Of a DNA stretch of 20,105 nucleotides, positions 12,601 through 20,105 are shown piece after piece (within the stretch, counting starts at the first letter, position 1; each line of letters begins with the position of its first letter). The stretch comes from Ginkgo biloba (lineage: Eukaryota > Plantae > Ginkgophyta), in assembly GCA_024626585.2 (NCBI GenBank), contig JANKJI020000001.1, positions 10,125,558-10,145,662 on the forward strand, given 5' to 3'. Both the position numbers and the translations under genes were made by a program. Below the pieces are notes generated by a model, which saw only the letters and a list, made by a program, of their open reading frames with translations, was not told where the DNA came from and made no database searches.

Positions 12601-12971
12601 ATAACTCTTATCCTTGGACAAAGGGCTACTTATCAAGTGATATCATTTCTCTCCATTCTCTATTTACATTTCTAATTCATTTGCTTATCTTGTTTGCTAC
12701 CAGAACCTTATTTTGTCATTGTGTATACTTTGCCTAAGTCATATTAGCTCCCAACTGAGAAGACCCAGGGTTTCATGGAGTGTTCGTGACTATTTTCTCT
12801 CGAGGTACTTAAAACTCGACATGTTTGTTCATTGCACTACAGAGATTAGTGATTTTGGTTTAGCATAGAGAGGAGGATTATTTGGTGATTGACTCCATCG
12901 CCCAATAGAACAGGAATAAGTTTTATTGTTGTTCTAGGATCTACGATTGACAGTAGTCAATCCCTCCTCAT

Positions 12972-13685
12972 NNNNNNNNNNNNNNNNNNNNNNNNNNNNN
13001 NNNNNNNNNNNNNNNNNNNNNNNNNNNNNNNNNNNNNNNNNNNNNNNNNNNNNNNNNNNNNNNNNNNNNNNNNNNNNNNNNNNNNNNNNNNNNNNNNNNN
13101 NNNNNNNNNNNNNNNNNNNNNNNNNNNNNNNNNNNNNNNNNNNNNNNNNNNNNNNNNNNNNNNNNNNNNNNNNNNNNNNNNNNNNNNNNNNNNNNNNNNN
13201 NNNNNNNNNNNNNNNNNNNNNNNNNNNNNNNNNNNNNNNNNNNNNNNNNNNNNNNNNNNNNNNNNNNNNNNNNNNNNNNNNNNNNNNNNNNNNNNNNNNN
13301 NNNNNNNNNNNNNNNNNNNNNNNNNNNNNNNNNNNNNNNNNNNNNNNNNNNNNNNNNNNNNNNNNNNNNNNNNNNNNNNNNNNNNNNNNNNNNNNNNNNN
13401 NNNNNNNNNNNNNNNNNNNNNNNNNNNNNNNNNNNNNNNNNNNNNNNNNNNNNNNNNNNNNNNNNNNNNNNNNNNNNNNNNNNNNNNNNNNNNNNNNNNN
13501 NNNNNNNNNNNNNNNNNNNNNNNNNNNNNNNNNNNNNNNNNNNNNNNNNNNNNNNNNNNNNNNNNNNNNNNNNNNNNNNNNNNNNNNNNNNNNNNNNNNN
13601 NNNNNNNNNNNNNNNNNNNNNNNNNNNNNNNNNNNNNNNNNNNNNNNNNNNNNNNNNNNNNNNNNNNNNNNNNNNNNNNNNNNNN
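12972..13685. other. 714-N assembly gap, likely containing the Aurora start codon and possibly the proximal promoter
   Basis: The N run directly abuts the first visible kinase codons. Confidence 0.8.
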
Positions 13686-13686
13686 T

Positions 13687-13752
13687 TTCGACATTGGGAA
13701 ACCCCTTGGAAGAGGAAAATTCGGTAACGTTTATCTGGCCAGAGAGAAGAAG
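13687..13752 (+). CDS. AUR1: Aurora kinase (alpha type), first visible coding exon, 5'-truncated by the gap: [22 protein letters not shown]
   Basis: Gly-rich loop [14 protein letters not shown] typical of Aurora kinases; ends AAG|GTTAGT (phase 0 donor at 13753). The start codon is presumably in N gap 12972-13685. AUR1 versus AUR2 orthology cannot be resolved. Confidence 0.93.
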
Positions 13753-14673
13753 GTTAGTCTTTGTTTCTGCCCTCAATGACTTTTTTTCCATTGCAAAAAT
13801 TGGTCTGTCATAGATTCTAGGTTATCCCCATTTCATTTCATTGGCAACATCTTTGGGCAGAGTACGTTCCACTAGCTATTGTACTGATAGCGAGCAATGC
13901 AAGGGAATACTGTAATGGGCTCTGGAAAATTGTAATCAATAACTTTAGTTCCCCGCTTATTTTGTTATACATTCTGTATTCAACCGTATGGTGTGGTTGA
14001 AGTTGGGGGTGATTCCTTTGACGCGATTTCCAAGAGTTCAAATCTTATGGGAGCGACCTAGGGGTTTGTTTTATTGATGTGATTGTGGGCTGTTAGAATT
14101 AGATTCAAAAGGCTATGGTATTGGCCAATGTCAAAAGAGCGAATAGACCTTTTTGTTGTCCAACACGGCAATGCTGAATATATCGGAAATAAGAACAGAA
14201 GAACCCTGCAATTTGTGATAGTGCATTTTCCAAAGCAAGTATTCAGATGCCAAAATGCCGCATTTTCTTTATAATGCTCTCTATGACAGGTAATCATTAC
14301 CTTTGACATCTGGATAGGTAAACCTCGTTTCCTGTGATCTATTTCTCTCTGAATACCTATTATCTGTGGAGAAGTAAACTGACCTTATATTTATATTGAC
14401 TGCTAATGGACTGGGCACCCTGTAAGGGGACACAACCATCTTCCAAAGAAGTTGGGCCCTCTATGAAATCTGCCACTAAAACAAACAAAAAGTGTGAAAC
14501 CTTGATTGAAATAAAATTAACACTGTGTATGGGCAAGAAGAGCTAGGTTAAACCCCTAAGGCGGAAGAGGTTTTATGGCAAAAACCCACCTAAGTGTAAA
14601 ACTCTCTGCTTTTCACCTTTTATCTTCAACTCGCTGGATATTGCCTCATCTGTCTTGGCCTTTGTGAAAACAG

Positions 14674-14820
14674 AGCAAATATGTCGTGGCTTTGAAAGTT
14701 CTTTTCAAGAATCAACTCCAACAGTCCCAGGTGGAGCACCAGTTGCGAAGGGAGATTGAAATCCAGAGTCATCTTCGGCATCCTAATATACTTCGCTTGT
14801 TTGGTTACTTCTATGATCAG
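14674..14820 (+). CDS. AUR1: Aurora kinase exon: [49 protein letters not shown]
   Basis: CAG acceptor 14671-73, donor CAG|GTACAG at 14821; 147 nt in frame; VALK catalytic Lys and [19 protein letters not shown] Aurora signature. Confidence 0.96.
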
Positions 14821-14909
14821 GTACAGCCTATGCCATTTCCCTAATTACAGGATGTGTTTCCTGTGCTTGAAAAACTTTTACCGATTTTGTAATTTGTATT
14901 TTTCTTCAG

Positions 14910-15005
14910 AGTCGGGTCTATCTGATTCTTGAATATGCTGCAAAAGGCGAGCTCTATAAAGAGCTTCAACGCTGTAAATGTTTCAGTGAAAAGCGTGCAG
15001 CTACC
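14910..15005 (+). CDS. AUR1: Aurora kinase exon: [32 protein letters not shown]
   Basis: TTTCTTCAG acceptor, ACC|GTAAGT donor; 96 nt in frame; hinge LILEYA-GELY. Confidence 0.96.
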
Positions 15006-15105
15006 GTAAGTGATCTTCTTTTACACTTTATAGCTACATTTAAGGCTGGCTCATAAATTGTTTTTCTCTCACTCTGTTGATTAACTTCTCTATTTCATTA
15101 TACAG

Positions 15106-15201
15106 TACATTGCATCACTGGCACAAGCCTTGATTTATTGCCATGAAAAACATGTGATACACCGGGATATCAAGCCAGAGAACTTGTTGGTTGGCATACA
15201 G
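15106..15201 (+). CDS. AUR1: Aurora kinase exon: [32 protein letters not shown]
   Basis: TACAG acceptor, CAG|GTACTT donor; 96 nt; catalytic loop [10 protein letters not shown]. Confidence 0.96.
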
Positions 15202-15369
15202 GTACTTGTTTGTTCATGGGTTGAGTTATTTACTGATTGTGCTTGGGTTGCAAAAAAATTTTTTTTTGCTCTTTACAGCTTACTAGCAGAATGGACTATT
15301 ACTGATTCTTGACTTACTGTACTCGAGTTGCAAACAATCCTTTCTGATTGTTCACAAATTATTTTCCAG

Positions 15370-15466
15370 GGTGAACTGAAAATTGCTGATTTTGGATGGT
15401 CTGTGCACACCTTTGATAGAAGGCGAACCATGTGTGGAACCTTGGATTACTTACCTCCTGAAATGG
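15370..15466 (+). CDS. AUR1: Aurora kinase exon: [32 protein letters not shown]
   Basis: TTTTCCAG acceptor, ATGG|GTACAC donor (phase 1); DFGWSVH...[15 protein letters not shown] activation loop characteristic of alpha-Aurora. Confidence 0.96.
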
Positions 15467-15601
15467 GTACACTTGGAATCCTTGCTTGCTACTGTCCTCC
15501 ATTTCTTGGATTAAACATTCATAATTTTGTTTGCTGTCCTTCATTTCTTCCAGAGGCATTGAAGTATTCGATTGCCTGATTATGCAATGTGTCTATTCCA
15601 G

Positions 15602-15690
15602 TTGAGAATAGAGAGCACGATGCTGGGGTAGATATTTGGAGCTTAGGAGTCTTGTGTTACGAGTTTCTTTATGGTGTTCCTCCATTTGAA
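15602..15690 (+). CDS. AUR1: Aurora kinase exon, interrupted at its 3' end: (V)[29 protein letters not shown]
   Basis: TTCCAG acceptor ending at 15601 completes the phase-1 Val codon; subdomain IX DIWSLG. Homology stops after PPFE; read-through gives V-E-T-stop (TAA 15700-15702). Confidence 0.9.
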
Positions 15691-16524
15691 GTAGAGACAT
15701 AAAGCATGGCCAGGAACAAATACCTAGATCCACACACAAAGAATCAATGGTTGAAAAAAGCATGGGAGTTGCTTGAAAATATGCAAAATGGAGAGGCACT
15801 ACCATCATAAATATCATTTAAGGATGATAGAGTCAAATACTACATTGGGAAATGTATTTTAGTACAAGATAATTGGATTCGTCAACTTTCCAAACAAGTC
15901 CTAAAGTTCAAAGTTCTAGTCAAAGTAGCAATGTTAATATGTCACATCTAAGATATAGTGTGGACTATAATTCAATAAGTTCCAGATTGAACTAAAATAG
16001 TTTTGGAAATTGTATCAATTTCTAATTCCTCAATTGTTTCCCTCAACTACTTGGGTGGCCCTAGCTAAGAAATGATCTTGTAATACAACATTGAGGGGTA
16101 AGCACTCTAGCCATAAAGAAAGGTAGAAAACACTTTCTCATTGATTTAATGCAGATTATAGTTAGTGAAGAACTACCCTTGACTTTCCTAGACACCAGAG
16201 AAAGAAGAACCAAGAACACAAGGAACTCAAGAAACTCAAAATATTAGTGATAATATAAAATAATTTAGAAGGATTGGGAGGCATGGATAAAAAATGGACA
16301 CAAAAAGATAGGATTTCACAAGATTAGGGTTTATGATGGAGAGATCCAAATTGTGGTAGATATATTGGATTGCATGGAAAGTAAACAAATTGATTTGTAT
16401 TTTGTAAATCAAGAGTACAACGAAGGATTGAAAAAGATAGAAGCATAAGTATATTAGATCAAATCTCAACTATAGCGTTCTTAGGTAAAAGTAGGATTAG
16501 TTGTAATTCAAGGATATTGGACAT
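15691..16524. mobile_element. Repeat-like non-coding DNA (possibly LTR-derived) interrupting the Aurora exon
   Basis: Abrupt mid-exon switch to A-rich, CpG-poor DNA unlike the T-rich true introns; begins GTAGAGACATAAA. The right end is hidden in a 100-N gap, so termini and TSD cannot be checked. Confidence 0.45.
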
Positions 16525-16799
16525 NNNNNNNNNNNNNNNNNNNNNNNNNNNNNNNNNNNNNNNNNNNNNNNNNNNNNNNNNNNNNNNNNNNNNNNNNNNN
16601 NNNNNNNNNNNNNNNNNNNNNNNNGAATGCCTCCTTTTTCTAATTGTTTCGTTGAGACATGTCTTAGGCATTAAATCTGTGAGTTCAGTATACAAGCTAA
16701 GAAAGGTGGTTTAGATTACAAAGTGCGTTCCAGTTTCCCTCTCAAATCTAGTCATTTTGAGTGTTAGAATTAATGTGATTGCTTAATATTTTTGTGCAG

Positions 16800-16872
16800 G
16801 ATTGTCAAAGTTGATTTGAAGTTTCCTTCCAAGCCTATTGTTTCTCCTGCAGCGAAAGACCTTATTTGTCAA
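16800..16872 (+). CDS. AUR1: Aurora kinase exon: (R)IVKVDLKFPSKPIVSPAAKDLICQ
   Basis: TTTTTGTGCAG acceptor ending at 16799 (phase 2), CAA|GTTAGT donor; resembles plant Aurora IVQVDLKFP...SAKDLISQ. Confidence 0.93.
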
Positions 16873-16993
16873 GTTAGTAAACACCACTTTTACTTTCTGC
16901 CTTTATTGTAGTGAAAATGATGTCATTACTTATGTGCATCATACTGGAGAGTAAACCCCACAGTGTCACTAATTATGATATTTTGTTATGCAG

Positions 16994-17101
16994 CTATTGG
17001 TAAAAGATTCTTCACAGCGGCTGCCTCTTCACAAGCTTCTTCAACATCCATGGATTGTTCAAAATGCTGATCCCGATGGCGTTTATAGACCCTTGAATTA
17101 A
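16994..17101 (+). CDS. AUR1: Aurora kinase last coding exon: [35 protein letters not shown]
   Basis: TATGCAG acceptor; subdomain XI Arg (QRLPL) and the [11 protein letters not shown]-terminus of alpha-Aurora; TAA at 17099-17101. Confidence 0.95.
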   Translation, partial: LLVKDSSQRLPLHKLLQHPWIVQNADPDGVYRPLN

Positions 17102-18453
17102 AATTTCTTAGTGTACTAATTGTAGCCTCCATTTCTTTCAGGGAAGAAAAAGGTTATTATATTATTCATCTAGGCATTAGTTTGTAATAATTGATTTCTG
17201 ATCCATTTGATGTCGGAAATGTAGAGCTCTTCAAAGAGAGGGTTTCCAGTCACTGATCATTTGTATATAGGCTCGGGTATTCTAATTATTGATTTCCCGG
17301 TGTCATTCCTGTAAGGTCCTTCGTCATATTTCATTCTTTTCAAAATCACAGAACTGTATGTATCTGCGACATTGATCTATTCTTGATTCTACCAATTTGA
17401 CAGTAGGAGATCTTAATATCTGAATTGAAGATTGAGAGATCCTGTAATTTTAAATCTTACCGCATTTTTCATACAGTGGTATGGGATGGAATATGTCACT
17501 TTGAAGGATTGCAAATGTAGTTTGGGTTTATCAAAAATTCCTTACAATAATGTGCACTTTATCATACTTGATTCCTGTTCATGGTTGTCTTCATTTGTGC
17601 ATTTTATCAGAAACTTCCTTTTACTCTCTGTTTGCTTAATGTGTAATCTCAGTCGAAACTGTCTTGTCCCCTAAAGTATTTGTGGATCACACAAATTATG
17701 TGTGATAAAATCATCTCCATGGCTTTGTGTGCACCCCTTGCAATGATTCCATCGATAAGAGAGACAAGGGTGCAAGCACGGTTGTATAGGCAACAGATAA
17801 CTGATGAACCATACAGGTCCTTATATTTTTCCACGAAGTCTGCAAGTTGATCATATTCATAAATGTTATAAAAACTTTATTTTACTGTGCAAGGGATTAT
17901 AATCTGATATTATGTTTCTTTAATAGAGAATTTGGACAATGGAGAGCCTCTCTCCCTTGTTGGTTCTTTCTTTGTTCCTTNNNNNNNNNNNNNNNNNNAA
18001 CATATATACACAGGTACAGAGGAGAGAGATGATGATGGAAAACACCTCTGCAAGCTGAATGCAGTTAAACATTTTAATGTCTGCATTGAGCATTTTGTGT
18101 CTCAATATATTCAACATTGTTAGACAGTGTCCACATTGTCTGGGCATGCTATTTCAGTTTAATGACTCTACCTGCCAGGCTGATTTGTTGTCACTTGATT
18201 GTGAAATGGGTTCAGGNNNNNNNNNNNNNNNNNNNNAGGTCTTCCTGTTAATTCCAGGTAAGACCAATATGTGGAATCAGGGCCAAAACACAACTTATAT
18301 AACAATATTATCAATTGAAGTGGCCTTCCATTAAGCTCTCTGACTTCGGACGGGCAAGTAAAATGTGTCTTCCTTACGAAGGTTTTGCAAACAAACGGCA
18401 GTAGAACCCAGCAATAGCAGATAAGCGGGCTGCGGACATCTTTTTCCCTGGAT

Positions 18454-18542
18454 TTTCTTCGAGACAACTGCTTGAATTAGCCCTCAAAAAAGTATGGCGT
18501 TTCTTCGAGACAACTACTTGAATTAGCCCTCAAAAGTACGGC
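18454..18542 (+). repeat. Two-copy ~45 bp tandem duplication
   Basis: TTTCTTCGAGACAACTGCTTGAATTAGCCCTCAAAAAAGTATGGC(G) followed by TTTCTTCGAGACAACTACTTGAATTAGCCCTCAAAAGTACGGC; 2 substitutions and a 2-nt A-run indel. Confidence 0.92.
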
Positions 18543-19673
18543 ATTAAAGTGTGTGCTTGCTTTATGATGCAGAGTTGAGAATGAAATAAATAATAGTAGA
18601 GGAAAATTCAATTTCAACAAAATCAACATAACTGGTGGAATAATCTCAGCGAAAGGAAAGAAAAGACACCAATATTACCATTAAAGCAGTGTTTGGAAAG
18701 AAGNNNNNNNNNNNNNNNNNNNNNNNNNNNNNNNNNNNNNNNNNNNNNNNNNNNNNNNNNNNNNNNNNNNNNNNNNNNNNNNNNNNNNNNNNNNNNNNNN
18801 NNNCTTTCTTTTAAGAAAATATTACCTTGCTATCCTTTAATCTTACTCTCTATTTTTTTTATTAGAGCCCCTTCTTTTTCTTTTTTCTACCCTTACCTTT
18901 TTTTGCAAAAAAAAAAATGGTTTAGAAAGAGAGATATATTTAAAAAATAAATAAAAGGAACTTTAGATACTTTATCTTTTTTAAAATCAAATTTAAAAAA
19001 TGTATCAAAATAAATTTACTTAAAGTAACTTTAGGACTTAGAAATTAAATAAAAAAAATAAAAACAAAATATGGCCTATTGTAGCCTACGCATTTTCCCT
19101 ATGTCCTACAACCACTTGATTGTTCAAATATGGGAGCTTGCCCTTTGTTTTGTTGCTGGGATCTTCTATTATAGGTTACTAGAGGATTATTGCCTAGAAT
19201 TTTGTTAACTTTTTGCAACTTAGTCATTCCTCTTTAAGGGTTTTAAGATGATTTTTTTTAATTGAACTCGTGCGTTCTTCCACCAATCTTTACCCACTCA
19301 GGGTTTTAAAAATAATTGTGGCTCTGCTCAATCATCTCTCCTCTAGTGTTTGGCCATTTCCTCTTTTCCAAGTAGTAGTTCAAAAATGAATTTTCTAAAT
19401 GAGGGTTTAATATTCATCATTTTCTCTCAGAGTTCTACTTTTGTAACCTTTCAAAAAATGTTCTTTTGTAAAGAAAACATATCTCAACTTTGTTTGTAAC
19501 TTGTCTATAATAATTTAGGCACTATTCTAGATTCTCTAGGGTTTTTACCATTATCTCTTAATGGATAGGGTTTCTTTGAAGTCGCCCAACCTTTTAATCT
19601 TCCTCAGATGCCTATCTCAATATTTTTTTTAATCTCTGCACCCATAAAATTTCTTCATAAAGAGCTCACCTGA

Positions 19674-19685
19674 GCTCTGATGCCA
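19674..19685 (-). mobile_element. LTR-retrotransposon primer-binding site (tRNA-iMet type)
   Basis: Minus strand reads ...TCTCTAACA|TGGCATCAGAGC: an LTR-type CA end directly followed by an 11/12 match to the plant PBS TGGTATCAGAGC. Confidence 0.75.
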
Positions 19686-20105
19686 TGTTAGAGAAAAGAA
19701 GATCAAAAGAGCTTTGTGAAGAATCTACAATACAATAGTATTAGGAAAAAACATGCACGCTCTAACAATATTCAAATAATAACAAATAATAATAATCATA
19801 AGATCAATCACATGAAGTAAGAGATACAATAGAGACAATGATATATAATAAGGGAATTGGGGTGAAAGAGTACACCACCAGGTTATGTGAGTGGTATAAG
19901 AAGATTACATGAATTGAGGGTGAAGAAAACTAATCAACCCTCAACAAATTTGAGCCATCCATAATTTTACAAATCTTAAGATGACTCATTATAATATTTG
20001 AGAGAACATTTGATAAGTAAACATCATTATTCTAAAACCACTCCTTGATGTTTACTCTCATAACTTCAAGGGATGGCTTACAATGTCACTCAAATTTTAT
20101 CCTTT
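19686..20105 (-). mobile_element. Probable 5' LTR of a minus-strand LTR retrotransposon (far end undetermined); the internal leader would run leftward from 19673
   Basis: Lies adjacent to the PBS with TG at 19686-87 on + (CA on -); non-coding A-rich sequence. Confidence 0.55.

Noticed and set aside
11514-12971. Aurora promoter with G2/M MSA (AACGG) elements
   Set aside because: No AACGG/CCGTT cluster was seen by eye, and the proximal promoter may lie in the gap.
12889-13813. Long ORFs of 245-296 aa in the ORF track
   Set aside because: They are artefacts of translating through the 714-N gap; only 13687-13752 is coding.
16682-16710. TTCAG|TATACAAGCTAAGAAAG|GTGGTT as the missing Aurora micro-exon
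   Set aside because: It is 17 nt, has an in-frame TAA in the required phase, and does not resemble the missing residues.
17730-17774. Short hairpin TGCACCCCTTG...CAAGGGTGCA as a miRNA precursor or terminator
   Set aside because: The stem is only about 10 bp with a bulge, too short for a plant pre-miRNA.
18454-18542. CRISPR-like repeat
   Set aside because: Two abutting copies with no spacer, in a eukaryotic context.

Overview
Eukaryotic land-plant genomic DNA from a fragmented scaffold with many N gaps, several exactly 100 N. The AT-rich, CpG-depleted decayed repeats suggest a large-genome seed plant, possibly a gymnosperm (inference). The one clear gene is a + strand alpha-type Aurora kinase (AUR1/AUR2-like) with 8 visible coding exons at 13687-17101; its 5' end probably lies in the 714-N gap at 12972-13685. 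The sixth visible exon breaks off after ...GVPPFE (15690) into at least 834 bp of unrelated repeat-like DNA ending at a 100-N gap. About 10 conserved codons are not visible, yet the downstream exons are intact. The rest is mostly transposon debris: a degenerate Ty3/Gypsy RT-RNaseH remnant (8517-9042, -), an LTR/PBS(Met-i) junction (19674-19687, -), a diverged ~940 bp duplication, a palindromic 17-bp array decayed at CpGs and small tandem repeats. There are also candidate exons of an unidentified second gene or pseudogene on the - strand near 9.5-9.65 kb. No RNA genes, CRISPR arrays or prokaryotic features are supported, and no clearly novel biological system was found.
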